Numbered from the stretch's first letter, positions 9,519-20,045 are shown. The stretch: DNA of 62,417 bases from Candidatus Thorarchaeota archaeon (GCA_016840855.1 JAEORO010000132.1:1-62417); one strand, 5' to 3'. The notes: generated by a model not told the origin, from the sequence alone. Translations and numbers: made by a program.

Positions 9519-10144
9519 CGCCTGTGTTTCTTGGAGTGCTGTTTTTCCATACTCTTGAGTTCTCTGAGCGTATTGAAGTTAACAAAGGAGTCCAAGTTCG
9601 GATCAAACTGTTTGAGTGCTTCAGTTGAAACATAGAGTACATTTTGAAGAGCGTCTAGCATGTCGCTCATTCTGTGTTTTCCCTTCTCCATCACCTTCAA
9701 ACCACGGTTGTAAGCATGCTCTGATAGATAGACTGAATGGAGCGGTTCAATGTAACCGGATGGCCAAGCTGGCACGACTGCTCCATGCTTCGGACCCATT
9801 TCAATTAACACTCTTAGTACATCAGTATTAACAAGTGGAGTATCAACTGGTAGGAGTAAGGTATGTGATGTTTCAGTGTACTCAAAAGCTGTCAGAGCTC
9901 CTGTAAGTGCACATCTTACATCGCTTGGGGGGTCTATTACGACCCGAACGCTCTTTACAGCCTTGCTTAGATTTTCCTCTTGCATCTCATCTGAAACAAC
10001 GATCATGATTTGAGATGACAGTCTACGCGCGATATTGACCATGTGAACAACGAGAGGCTTCCCTTTGAAATCAGCCAATGCTTTTTCTGAGCCAAACCTC
10101 TTCGATGTTCCTCCCGCCAGAATGGCGACTGTCACTTCTTCCAT
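9515..10144 (-). CDS. mobA: Molybdenum cofactor guanylyltransferase
   Basis: ILAGGTSKRFGSEKA, EPLHSVY, NFNT. Confidence 0.88.
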   Translation of the reverse strand: MEEVTVAILAGGTSKRFGSEKALADFKGKPLVVHMVNIARRLSSQIMIVVSDEMQEENLSKAVKSVRVVIDPPSDVRCALTGALTAFEYTETSHTLLLPVDTPLVNTDVLRVLIEMGPKHGAVVPAWPSGYIEPLHSVYLSEHAYNRGLKVMEKGKHRMSDMLDALQNVLYVSTEALKQFDPNLDSFVNFNTLRELKSMEKQHSKKHRR

Positions 10145-10198
10145 GGTTGTCTTTTGCTCCCTCAATAAAGTAGTCTGAAGTTCACGTGAGTCTTACTA

Positions 10199-12169
10199 TT
10201 ATACTTCTTTATGAACAGAGAGGTACTCCTTGATCATCGCTGCTATTTGTCCGTCTGTGTAGTGCTGTGATGAAATTGCACTACTAGCGCAAGTTGATGT
10301 GCATGTTCCGCATCCCTTGCACAGAGCAGGATTTACTTCTGCACGACCTCTTTCATTCAATGCAATTGCATTATAGGGACAAACAGAAATACAGACTTGG
10401 CAACCAGCACATTTTTCCTCGTCAACAACTGAGTAGTATGGCTCAATGCTGATTTTACCTCTACCCATGAGAGCCATCGCTCCAGCAGCTGCAGCTTTTG
10501 CCTGCGCAACTGTGTCAGGAATATCCTTCGGTCCTTGAGCCATTCCTGCAACAAAAATCCCATCATTAAATGAGTCAACAGGTCTTAATTTTGGATGCGC
10601 CTCTAGCAGGAAGCCGTCAGGCGAGAGACTGAGATTCAGTGCTTTTGCGACCTTCTTGGTCGATTCTGGTGCGACCACTCCAGTTGATAAAACCACAAGA
10701 CCAACATCATCAAGCTGGATAGGCTTACCAAGAAGGGTATCCTCTCCTCTGACCGTAAGAGTGTTTGTTTCGTCATCCTGGATGATTTCTCCAACGCGCC
10801 CGCGGATGAAGGTGACACCTGCTTCAGCTGTACTCTCATAGAACTCTTCATACCCCTTACCAAAGGTGCGCAAGTCGATATAGAAAATGTAGACCTTTGC
10901 ATCAGTCTTATCAACTATCATTCTAGCTTGTTTGATTGCAGTCATGCAACAAATTCGTGAACAATACTTGTTGGTTAATTCATCTCGACTTCCAACGCAC
11001 TGAATATAGACAATCTTGTCGGGCTCTTTCAGGTCAGATGGTCGAACAACATGACCTTGTGTCGGACCTGCTGAGTTGAGCATTCGTTCTATCTCGCCTA
11101 GGTTGACAACATTTGGATACACTCCATACCCATATTCCAGCTTTTCAGCAGCATCAAAAAGTGCGAAACCTGTGGCTACGATAATTGTTCCAACCTTAAT
11201 CTCAATGATTTTATCGTGGTCATCATAGTTGATTGCTTGAGCCTCACAGACCGTTGTACACTTACCACAGCGCACCGCGTCCACGCCAAGGCAATTCTCC
11301 ATGTCAAGAATGTAGGCTGATGGTACAGCTTGTGCGAATGGGATATAGATTGCCTTCCGATATGATAGATTTGCTTCAAATTCCGCTGGCACATCGACTG
11401 GACATATGTCTGAACAATCACCACATGATGTACACTTCTCAATGTCAACATACCTTGGTTTCTGTCTGATTTTCACCTTGAAGTTACCAACAAATCCATC
11501 TACTTCCTTAACCTCCGCCATGGTCAGCAGTGTAATGTTCTCATGATTTCCTGCCTCTGCCATTCTAGGTGTCAGGATGCAACTTGAACAATCGAGAGTT
11601 GGAAATGTCTTATCCCAGCGGCTCATCATGCCTCCAATACTAGGCTCTTTCTCAATCAGATAGACTTTGAAACCTGCGTTTGCCAGGTCTAATGCTGCTG
11701 ATATTCCTGCAATCCCTCCTCCAATCACTAATGTTGACCTTTCAATCGACACCTCTGGTTCAATAAGAGGTTCCAGAAGCCTAGCTCGTGCAATTGCCAT
11801 TCTAAGAAGATCAGTTGCTTTCTCAGTGGCTGCAATGGGGTCGTCCGCATGAATCCAGCTTACATGCTCTCTGATGTTGGCAATCTCGAGTAGGAAGGGA
11901 TTCAATCCGATTTCACGAAGTGTCTGCCGAAAAGTTGGTTCATGCATTCGTGGTGAACAGGATGCAATCACAATACCGTTCAATTTGTGTTTCTTAATGC
12001 TGTCCTTGATTGTCTGTTGCCCTGGCTTGGAACAGACGTACTTGTAATCGGATACAAATTCAACATTCGGAAGGTCCCGGACAGCATCACTAAGCTTTTG
12101 CATATCAATAACACCAGCGATGTTACTTCCACAATGGCAGAGAAAGACACCAATCCGTCTATCGGGCAT
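10199..12169 (-). CDS. hdrA: Heterodisulfide reductase subunit A
   Basis: RIGVFLCHCG, SCSPRMHE, GGGIAG, KTFPTLDCSSCIL, QCVGSRD, HPKLRP, ferredoxin motifs. Confidence 0.97.
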   Translation of the reverse strand: MPDRRIGVFLCHCGSNIAGVIDMQKLSDAVRDLPNVEFVSDYKYVCSKPGQQTIKDSIKKHKLNGIVIASCSPRMHEPTFRQTLREIGLNPFLLEIANIREHVSWIHADDPIAATEKATDLLRMAIARARLLEPLIEPEVSIERSTLVIGGGIAGISAALDLANAGFKVYLIEKEPSIGGMMSRWDKTFPTLDCSSCILTPRMAEAGNHENITLLTMAEVKEVDGFVGNFKVKIRQKPRYVDIEKCTSCGDCSDICPVDVPAEFEANLSYRKAIYIPFAQAVPSAYILDMENCLGVDAVRCGKCTTVCEAQAINYDDHDKIIEIKVGTIIVATGFALFDAAEKLEYGYGVYPNVVNLGEIERMLNSAGPTQGHVVRPSDLKEPDKIVYIQCVGSRDELTNKYCSRICCMTAIKQARMIVDKTDAKVYIFYIDLRTFGKGYEEFYESTAEAGVTFIRGRVGEIIQDDETNTLTVRGEDTLLGKPIQLDDVGLVVLSTGVVAPESTKKVAKALNLSLSPDGFLLEAHPKLRPVDSFNDGIFVAGMAQGPKDIPDTVAQAKAAAAGAMALMGRGKISIEPYYSVVDEEKCAGCQVCISVCPYNAIALNERGRAEVNPALCKGCGTCTSTCASSAISSQHYTDGQIAAMIKEYLSVHKEV

Positions 12170-12281
12170 ATGTAGCGCCTCGCTTTAGTATGTTCTAACT
12201 AGGCTGAGCCTTATCATTAGACTTTCACTAGTATCTCGCGCGGTCATATGGTATTAATAAAGTGTTTCGGGAATGAGTTCA

Positions 12282-13199
12282 CTATGGATTTGACGCGATT
12301 GAGTCGCCTGCATCAACTTTGGTTTCCTTCCTAGTACTTTCTCTCCTAGGGAGATCAAGCTTGACTCTATGTTCAGCCAGCAACAAGTCTGTTTCCGGAA
12401 GATCCATCGCAATGGCTAGTAGTTCCGTGTAATAGAAGACTGGAAACATAAAACTGGTATCAAATATTCTGTTTGCCACTTTCTGCCCTGACTCGAAGGT
12501 AATGAAGCATGTCGGGCAAAAAACAACTATTGCATCAGGTTCTACCATTTCCATGCTTGTCAACTTCTCGCGTAGTACTGCGTAAGAAGTGACTGAGTTG
12601 GTTTTTCTGACTCCTGCGCCACAACACATGGTCTTGTCCATATACTCTAATGGCTCCATCCCAAGAGCCTCACAAAGCAGGTCAAGCTTCACTGGCACTT
12701 CTGCGTTGTCTACATGTAGAACTCTTTCTGGTCTCAGAAGGTGGCAACCTGAATGAGTTACGACTTTAATCGGAATTGGACGTGAAACCTTCGAAGACAG
12801 AGTTTCAATTCCAATCTCATCGAATAGTAGCTGATGCATGTGAATTATTGTTGATGTTCCCTTGTATTCAAGACCTAAGTTCTTGAGTATGCTGTTTACC
12901 TTGTCCTTTTTCTCTGGTTTTTGGCCGAGCTCATGTTTTGCCAAGGAAAGCGACTCATGACATCCTGCACACGATGTGAGAATGTTAAGTCCCTCTTTTT
13001 CTGCAATAGCGATGTTTCTTGCAGCAAAGGTTATCCAAGTATCATCTGACAAAGAACGCACTGCATTAGGCTCTGGACAGCATGTGAAAGGTAAATCAAC
13101 AAGATCAATATCCAATACTGGAGCTACCATTCTGATTGACTTCTCTGCGAACTGTAGACGATATGCCATTGTGCAACCAGGAAAGAATGCATACTTCAC
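12282..13199 (-). CDS. hdrB: Heterodisulfide reductase subunit B (CCG domains)
   Basis: FFPGC, TCCP, CAGC, HSGCH, CCGAG, CPTC. Confidence 0.93.
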   Translation of the reverse strand: MKYAFFPGCTMAYRLQFAEKSIRMVAPVLDIDLVDLPFTCCPEPNAVRSLSDDTWITFAARNIAIAEKEGLNILTSCAGCHESLSLAKHELGQKPEKKDKVNSILKNLGLEYKGTSTIIHMHQLLFDEIGIETLSSKVSRPIPIKVVTHSGCHLLRPERVLHVDNAEVPVKLDLLCEALGMEPLEYMDKTMCCGAGVRKTNSVTSYAVLREKLTSMEMVEPDAIVVFCPTCFITFESGQKVANRIFDTSFMFPVFYYTELLAIAMDLPETDLLLAEHRVKLDLPRRESTRKETKVDAGDSIASNP

Positions 13200-13702
13200 T
13201 CAGATGCTTCCTCCTGTTTGTCTTTGTTGGCTTCCAGTACCTCGAAAGCTCCTGTTGCTTTAAACAGCTTCAGGACATCAGAAGAATTAGCTCTGGGTAA
13301 TTCTGGCAATCCTAACTCAGCTCGTATCTTCTCAGATCTGCTTGAGATAGGCGATAGACAACCATCTTGCATTAATGATTGAGCTGAATCGATGACGTCA
13401 GGTGGTGCTTTTCCTTCTCTTGCAGATATGTTCTTTATTTCCATCAATATCTCAGCAAGTGATACACCCATTGGACATCTCTGATCACACATAAGACAAT
13501 AGGCACATAGCCACTCATTACCCTCTCTTGGGACCTCCCCTCTTGTAATAATGGAGTCAACTGATACTCTCGGATTAAGTTCAGGAGCTACTCTAAAGAC
13601 CGGACAAGACGAAGTACATATCCCACATTGGAAACATGGCCGAGCCCTCTCTTTAAGGTCTTCCAGTGTCAGGTCTTGAACATTATCAGCCATGCGTATC
13701 AC
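13196..13702 (-). CDS. hdrC: Heterodisulfide reductase subunit C
   Basis: CFQCGICTSSCP and WLCAYCLMCDQRCP; RAELGLP; lies between hdrA and hdrB. Confidence 0.92.
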   Translation of the reverse strand: MIRMADNVQDLTLEDLKERARPCFQCGICTSSCPVFRVAPELNPRVSVDSIITRGEVPREGNEWLCAYCLMCDQRCPMGVSLAEILMEIKNISAREGKAPPDVIDSAQSLMQDGCLSPISSRSEKIRAELGLPELPRANSSDVLKLFKATGAFEVLEANKDKQEEASE

Positions 13703-16263
13703 TTCTTCTTTGCTGTCTGTCTTTTTGCAGTTTCCTTCGCGGAATTGCTAGCTTTCTTTTTTGGTTTTATTTTCGCTTTGGTTTCTGATTTTGGTTTTGT
13801 ATCTGTTTTTGTTTTGACCGCTCTCTTTGTTTTTGACACTACTGGCTCCTTTGGTTTTGGTGCGCTTTTCCTTGGGGTCTTTACAACCTCTGCTAACTCA
13901 GTCATAATGGTCTGCCATTTCTTTCCTTCTCCTGCAGATACCCATTCCACACCGAACCGCTCGTCTTCAATTCCATTCCTTTTCATCCATCCTCTGATTC
14001 TCGGTTCTCGTTTTGCCATCCAATGGTTCCCTGTTTGGAAGTGACAATCAGCTGGGAGGTGGCATCCGGAGTAGAGAACCGCTCCAGCTCCCTGCTCGAA
14101 AGCCCTCTGAGCAAACTTTGTAGAGTATCTTCCTGAACACATCGCTCGAATGACCCTAGCATTGGTTGGATACTGCATCCTTGATACTCCTGCGAGGTCT
14201 GACCCTCGATATGAACAGAATGCACATGCAAACGCAATTATCTTGTTTCCTGGGTCCTCCTGCAGCGCGATATCAATCTGTGTTTCAATTTGTTCGCTCG
14301 TGAAGTTTGGCATATAGATAGCATCTTGCGGACAATCGCCAGCGCATGTCCCACAAGCCTGGCAGAGAGCACCCATGACAGTAAATTTACCAGTGCCATC
14401 CTGTGAGATGGCCCCATATGGACAGCGTTGTACGCATGTCCCACACCTGCTGCAGAGATCTTGCAATATCTTGGCACTTAGTGCTTCAATCGGATACCTT
14501 CCCTTCTGAAGAATGATAGCTGCCCTTCCCGCAGCAGCACTTGCTTGAATAACAGAGTCCCTTATGTCCTTTGGACTCTCTGCGCCTCCACAGATGAAGA
14601 CACCTGCGGAGCTGGTATCAACTGGTCTTAACTTTGGATGTGACTCAATATAGAACGAGTCATGAGTGCAAGATATTGGAAGTGGAAAGTTTCCTGCTGT
14701 TCCCTCAGCCCCCATCGAAAGTATTACCAAATCGAAGTTTTCTAGAAGAAGCTTGTTATGAGTGGTGTCCTCGACACTCACACGAAGGTTCTTGGTCTTC
14801 GGATACTGCTGGATTTCACCCACTCGACCCCGAATGAACTTAACACCTTCTTCTCTCGCTTTCTGATACTGATCTTCAAAGTACTTGCCATGCATTCTCA
14901 GATCCTGATAAAAGATGGAAACCTCTGTGTCTGGGTAGTGCTCTTTGATGAGGAGAGCACATTTCACAGACTCTGCACAGCAAAAGTTCGAACATCCTGA
15001 TCGTGTGCTGATATCTCGTGAGCCAACACATTGAGCAATTGCTACTGAGGTTGGTTTAGATAGGTCCGATGGTCTAACAAGTGCCCCCTCAGTAGGACCA
15101 GCCGCATTGATTAGTCGTTCGAACTCTAATGAAGTGATCACATTTGGATACCGCCCCCATCCAAGTCGGGGAGTTTTACTTGGGTCCGCTGGTTTAAACC
15201 CGGTGGCTAGAATAATCACTCCAACATCAAGATCAATGTACTTTCCTCGGTCCGAGGCTATAATGGCCTCTTGCTCGCAACGGTCAATGCATTTTCCACA
15301 TCTAATCAAATCCATTCCAAGACATGCATCAGGGTCAATGAAGTAACTCGAGGGGACTGCCTGTGGAAACGGTATTTGAATTGCCTTTTGCCATGTCAGA
15401 TTTTGATCGGTCCGGCTCGGAACATCTACTGGGCAGACCTCTACACAGTCTCCACATGCTGTACAAGCATCAATTTCCACATATCTGGCTCTCTGTTTCA
15501 CTCTAACCTCGAAGTTCCCAACGTATCCTGAGATTGATTCGACCTCTGCCATTGTGATCATATTGATATTCGGGTGTTTGGCAACGTCTACCATTTTTGG
15601 GCCTAAGATACAGATGGAACAATCATTTTGAGGGAACACCTTGTCAAGAATCGCCATGATTCCTCCAATGGTGGGTTGTTTCTCAACCAAGTGAACCTTG
15701 AATCCTGATTCTGCAAGGTCGAGAGCTGCCTGCATCCCTGCCACGCCTGCACCCACGACAAGAGCCGCCTGAGTCACTGGAACATCTTGTTCAGGTTGCG
15801 CCTGGAGAGTTGCGGCCTTGGCAACAGCCATTGCTACTAGGTCCATTGCCTTTTGGGTTGCTGCTTCGTGGTCATGTTGGTGAACCCATGACACGTGCTC
15901 TCTGATATTCGCCATTATACACAAGTATGGATTAAGTCCTGCAGCTTTGACGGTTTTCCTGAATGTGTCTTCATGCATAGTTGGACTGCAGGATGCAACA
16001 ACAATACGGTTGAGACTATGTTCTGCAATGGCTTCTTGAATCTCTCTCTGCCCCGGGTCTGCACAGGTATAGACATTCACCTGAACATGTGCAACACCTG
16101 GAAGTGTTTTGGCATACTCAGCAACCGCATCAATGTCTACAACAGCTCCAATGTTTTTGCCACATTTACAAGGAAATACGCCGATACGTAGCTCAGGATC
16201 GGTTGATACAACTTCGATGTCTGCAGGTCCTGCACTACTTCCTTTTGGATCACTTGTGGTCAT
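13699..16263 (-). CDS. hdrA: HdrA-MvhD fusion protein with Lys-rich tail
   Basis: HdrA motifs followed by MvhD domain (FACAFCSYRGSDLAG, MCSGR, GCHLPADCH, WVSAGEG); ATG 16263 after GAGG. Confidence 0.95.
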   Translation of the reverse strand: MTTSDPKGSSAGPADIEVVSTDPELRIGVFPCKCGKNIGAVVDIDAVAEYAKTLPGVAHVQVNVYTCADPGQREIQEAIAEHSLNRIVVASCSPTMHEDTFRKTVKAAGLNPYLCIMANIREHVSWVHQHDHEAATQKAMDLVAMAVAKAATLQAQPEQDVPVTQAALVVGAGVAGMQAALDLAESGFKVHLVEKQPTIGGIMAILDKVFPQNDCSICILGPKMVDVAKHPNINMITMAEVESISGYVGNFEVRVKQRARYVEIDACTACGDCVEVCPVDVPSRTDQNLTWQKAIQIPFPQAVPSSYFIDPDACLGMDLIRCGKCIDRCEQEAIIASDRGKYIDLDVGVIILATGFKPADPSKTPRLGWGRYPNVITSLEFERLINAAGPTEGALVRPSDLSKPTSVAIAQCVGSRDISTRSGCSNFCCAESVKCALLIKEHYPDTEVSIFYQDLRMHGKYFEDQYQKAREEGVKFIRGRVGEIQQYPKTKNLRVSVEDTTHNKLLLENFDLVILSMGAEGTAGNFPLPISCTHDSFYIESHPKLRPVDTSSAGVFICGGAESPKDIRDSVIQASAAAGRAAIILQKGRYPIEALSAKILQDLCSRCGTCVQRCPYGAISQDGTGKFTVMGALCQACGTCAGDCPQDAIYMPNFTSEQIETQIDIALQEDPGNKIIAFACAFCSYRGSDLAGVSRMQYPTNARVIRAMCSGRYSTKFAQRAFEQGAGAVLYSGCHLPADCHFQTGNHWMAKREPRIRGWMKRNGIEDERFGVEWVSAGEGKKWQTIMTELAEVVKTPRKSAPKPKEPVVSKTKRAVKTKTDTKPKSETKAKIKPKKKASNSAKETAKRQTAKKK

Positions 16264-16600
16264 GTACCAGTCCTCGTTTTGCAGAACACATCTTTGCAGC
16301 TTCATTCAACATTAGTAATAAAGGTTGAGAATAACAAACACAAATCACTTCACAATATTTCAGTTACAGAAAAAAACAGTCTAATGACGTATAATATCGA
16401 ACAAATATCACCGCACTATGAATGGATGCGCCTATGTAAAGTTCGACTTACTCATATCTATCATTCAGGCACAGCGATTTGTCCAAACATCAAGAATAAG
16501 ACAGTCCTTGCCAAATTTAAGTCTAGAATATATTTGTGAGATTACCAAAAGTGTAAAAAGCATGACAAGGGCGAAACACCTACATTTGGGAGGCTATTCA

Positions 16601-17374
16601 ATGTCTGGAAAGGTGTGGAAATACATCACAGAAAAGCTCGAGTCTGATGGTGCTTGTCACTTTTCACTTCTAGATCCCGACCCACTATCTACTAGAATTG
16701 AGAACATAGTAGAGATTGCAGGGCTCGCTGAAAAAGCTGGAAGTGATGCAATCATGATTGGTGGAAGCACAATATTCGGTGTGATTGATGATGCGTGCGA
16801 GAAGATATGTGAAGCAGTCAACATTCCAACAATTCTATTTCCAGGCAACATAACAGGAGTGTCAGAAAAAGCTGACGCGATGTTTTTCATGACACTTCTT
16901 AACAGCACCAACCCATACTATATCATTGGTGCACAAGCACTCGCTGCTCCAAAGATTAAGTTGATGGGACTTGAAGCTATTCCGATGGCTTATCTCATTG
17001 TTGCACCTGGTAAGACAGCTGCATGGGTTGGAGATGCAAAGCCTTTCCCAAGAGACAAGCCCAAACTTCCTGCAATGTATGCCATTGCTGCAGAGCTTCT
17101 AGGAATGAAACTCGTGTACCTTGAGGCTGGAAGCGGCGCAGAAGGAGGAGGTGTACCACTAGAGATGATTGAAACTGTTTCTAAATACATAGAAATTCCA
17201 GTCATCACAGGCGGCGGTTTCAATGATGAGAAATCAGTAGTTGCTGCAGTTGAAGCTGGGGCCTCTATTGTGGTACAGGGAACCTACCTTGAAAAGCGTG
17301 TGCAGGATGACAAAGGCGCCGAGCTAGCTAAAATAATTAAGGGACTTAAGACAGCTGGCGCCAAGAGAGTTTAA
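16601..17374 (+). CDS. Geranylgeranylglyceryl phosphate synthase
   Basis: HFSLLDPD, AIMIGGST, ILFPG, LLNS, YLEAGSGA, GGG. Confidence 0.95.
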   Translation: MSGKVWKYITEKLESDGACHFSLLDPDPLSTRIENIVEIAGLAEKAGSDAIMIGGSTIFGVIDDACEKICEAVNIPTILFPGNITGVSEKADAMFFMTLLNSTNPYYIIGAQALAAPKIKLMGLEAIPMAYLIVAPGKTAAWVGDAKPFPRDKPKLPAMYAIAAELLGMKLVYLEAGSGAEGGGVPLEMIETVSKYIEIPVITGGGFNDEKSVVAAVEAGASIVVQGTYLEKRVQDDKGAELAKIIKGLKTAGAKRV

Positions 17375-17424
17375 ATACTTGACAATCCATTGGACTAAAG
17401 ACGCCATGGGAGGATTGCCTTATC

Positions 17425-17820
17425 TTGTCCTCAAAGACTGAAATGTTGAATGAGCTTTTAATAGACTTGAGCCGAGCATCCCAAGGCAATGTAGAAGCAA
17501 GTGCTGTCATCTCAAAATCACAAGGTCTCACTATTTGTTCTCATTATCCTGATGGGACTGATGAAAAGAATGTGCCAGACGAGGATGTGATAGCAGGAAG
17601 ATCCACCCAAATACAAGAAGCTACACGAAAGGTCTTCAAACAACTCAAACGGGGGCCTCTCGTACGTATGCTCATTGAAGGTGAAACTGGTTATGTCATA
17701 ATTTGTGATGCGGGTGATGATGCTATCCTTGCGGTCCTTACAACTAAACGTGCAAATATAGGCTATATGTTTTTCATGATGACTCGAATTGCAAAACGCA
17801 TCGAGAAAGTTCTTGCATAG
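17425..17820 (+). CDS. Roadblock/LC7 (MglB/LAMTOR-like) protein
   Basis: VEASAVISKSQGL...LIEGETGYVII...AILAVLT...NIG. Confidence 0.85.
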   Translation: MSSKTEMLNELLIDLSRASQGNVEASAVISKSQGLTICSHYPDGTDEKNVPDEDVIAGRSTQIQEATRKVFKQLKRGPLVRMLIEGETGYVIICDAGDDAILAVLTTKRANIGYMFFMMTRIAKRIEKVLA

Positions 17821-17880
17821 CTTGCCTTTCCGTCACTTTTATCTTGGCCGCCTTTGACGAGCCATATAGTTGGTGATTTT

Positions 17881-18810
17881 ATGGCTGATGAAAAGCCTGT
17901 AGAAAAGACAGATGATACGTCAGATGATCCTTGGGACATGTGGCGACGCGCTGGTATAGTCGCTCGTGAAGCATTGGATTTAGCACGACCTATGGTGAAA
18001 CCAGGCACAAAGGTCATTGATATTATTGATACTGTTGAGAACTATATTCGTGAACACTCATCTGGCACGTCATTTCCATGTAATGTGGCTCTAAACAATA
18101 TAGCAGCCCACTACACTTCCCCACTTAATGATGAAACTGTCATTGAGGAAGGGGATCTTGTAACTGTAGATTGTGGGGCTCATGTTGATGGTTGTATCGC
18201 TGATACCGCATTCACAATTGCACTAAATTCAGATCACGAAGCACTTGTCAAAGCTGCGGTTGATGCCACAAATGTGGCGGTTCAGATGATGCGTCCTGGT
18301 GCAAAACTCAATACAATCGGAGCACTGATTGAGGACACTATTCACAGTGCTGGATTTGAGCCAATAAAACAATTATCCGGACACCAACTGAAAGAATATG
18401 AACTTCATGCAGAGAAACAAGTACCTTGTATTTCTGGTAAGGCAGAGGTTCTTGTCGAGGAGGGCGAGGTGTATGCCATTGAAACATTCGCTAGCACAGG
18501 GTCAGGAAATATCACTGATTTGCCACGACCGCTGATATACCAACTTCTTCCAGTTAGAGTCCCAGTACGATTCAAGGGAACCAAGCAGTTCTTGGGCATT
18601 GCGAGGAAAGATTACAAAGAGTTTCCATTTGCTAAAAGATGGCTTGCTGAACAGATGTCTCCTGCGTCGCTTGAGATGGCCATCAAGGAGCTAGAAAAGA
18701 ATGGCGCACTCTTTGGACATCATATTCTAGCTGAAGAAAAGGGTGAATTTGTGTCTCAACATGAGCATACAGTCATCATCACAGAGCGAGGTCACGAGAG
18801 AACAACCTAA
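17881..18810 (+). CDS. map: Methionine aminopeptidase type II
   Basis: FPCN...AAHYT, DCGAHVDGCIADTA, LSGH, AIETFA, SQHEHT. Confidence 0.97.
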   Translation: MADEKPVEKTDDTSDDPWDMWRRAGIVAREALDLARPMVKPGTKVIDIIDTVENYIREHSSGTSFPCNVALNNIAAHYTSPLNDETVIEEGDLVTVDCGAHVDGCIADTAFTIALNSDHEALVKAAVDATNVAVQMMRPGAKLNTIGALIEDTIHSAGFEPIKQLSGHQLKEYELHAEKQVPCISGKAEVLVEEGEVYAIETFASTGSGNITDLPRPLIYQLLPVRVPVRFKGTKQFLGIARKDYKEFPFAKRWLAEQMSPASLEMAIKELEKNGALFGHHILAEEKGEFVSQHEHTVIITERGHERTT

Positions 18811-18999
18811 TTAGACGCTTTTGTGCATGTTCAAACAAGCTTCGTGAAGCGTCGAAACTATCATCGGTTGATTCAGAAACATTAAAAGCTCTTTTTTCAT
18901 TTGGTTTATTGTGGGTTCCGGGAGACTGTCTCTAAAACTATGATGACACAGTGAATTCTGACGGATTTCTCCCGTTCCAACAGCAACGGAGGAGAGACA

Positions 19000-19968
19000 T
19001 TGGACCGTACGCGTGAAACTACTGAGAGAAAGGGTGCTGTTTCCGATGCAAGCGTTGAGCCACTTGTGTGTTCTGAATGTGGTTCGGTATCTGTTGTCGA
19101 GGATGCGACTCGTGGTGAACGTGTCTGTGGTGGATGCGGACTAGTTCTATCGGATCACAGGATTGATACTGGGGCGGAGTGGAGAGCCTTTAGCTCGGAG
19201 GAGAGTGATGCTCGCAGTCGTGTTGGGGCACCGATACGATATACTGTTCACGACAAGGGTCTCTCAACTGTCATTGATTGGAGAGATCGAGACACATCCG
19301 GGAAGAAACTCAGTCCCACCAGACGGTCTGAAATCTATCGATTGAGAAAATGGCAGATACGATCTCGTGTTCATAGTTCAATGGACCGGAACTTAGCTCA
19401 AGCAATGTCGGAACTCGAGCGTCTATCATCTCAATTAGGAATTCCCGGTCCAATTCGTGAATTGGCAGCGTTGTTGTATAGAAAATCCATAATTCAAAAG
19501 CTTGTAAGGGGTCGGTCCATTGAGGCAATGGTCGCAGCAACACTTTATGCTGCATGCAGAATCAGGATGAAACCACGCCCATTGGATGAGGTTGCAGATG
19601 CATCAAGGGTGGATAAGAAGAAGCTCGGTCAATGCTACCGATTGCTCCTACGGAGTCTGTCCATCAAAATACCACTTAGTAATCCTATCGATTACATCTC
19701 CCGTTTTGCTTCACAGCTTGCATTATCAAGCCCCGTACAATTACGGACTGTTGAGATTCTTCAGAGAAGTAGAGATATTGGTCTCACTATAGGGCGGGAC
19801 CCCCTTGGCTTGGCCGCAGCAGCAATCTACGTGGCATCCATCATGCTTGATGAACGCAGGACACAACGTGAGATAGCTGAGGTTGCCCGCGTCACTGAGG
19901 TCACTGTTCGGAATCGATACAAGGAAATCGTAAAGAAACTTGGTATTGATTCGATGACTCTCGGATAG
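19000..19968 (+). CDS. tfb: Transcription initiation factor IIB (paralogue 1)
   Basis: CSEC/CGGC ribbon, EWRAF, HDKGLST, RGRS, TQREIA..VTEVTVRNRYKE. Confidence 0.97.
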   Translation: MDRTRETTERKGAVSDASVEPLVCSECGSVSVVEDATRGERVCGGCGLVLSDHRIDTGAEWRAFSSEESDARSRVGAPIRYTVHDKGLSTVIDWRDRDTSGKKLSPTRRSEIYRLRKWQIRSRVHSSMDRNLAQAMSELERLSSQLGIPGPIRELAALLYRKSIIQKLVRGRSIEAMVAATLYAACRIRMKPRPLDEVADASRVDKKKLGQCYRLLLRSLSIKIPLSNPIDYISRFASQLALSSPVQLRTVEILQRSRDIGLTIGRDPLGLAAAAIYVASIMLDERRTQREIAEVARVTEVTVRNRYKEIVKKLGIDSMTLG

Positions 19969-19988
19969 TATAGAGAAAACTCTCTATA
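19969..19988. terminator. Perfect inverted repeat between convergent tfb and aIF1 genes
   Basis: TATAGAGA-AAAC-TCTCTATA right after the tfb stop. Confidence 0.45.
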
Positions 19989-20045
19989 TTGTCTCTGCGC
20001 TCCTGATCAAATCGGATTATTCCTCACAGGACCTACCGGTTGTCG

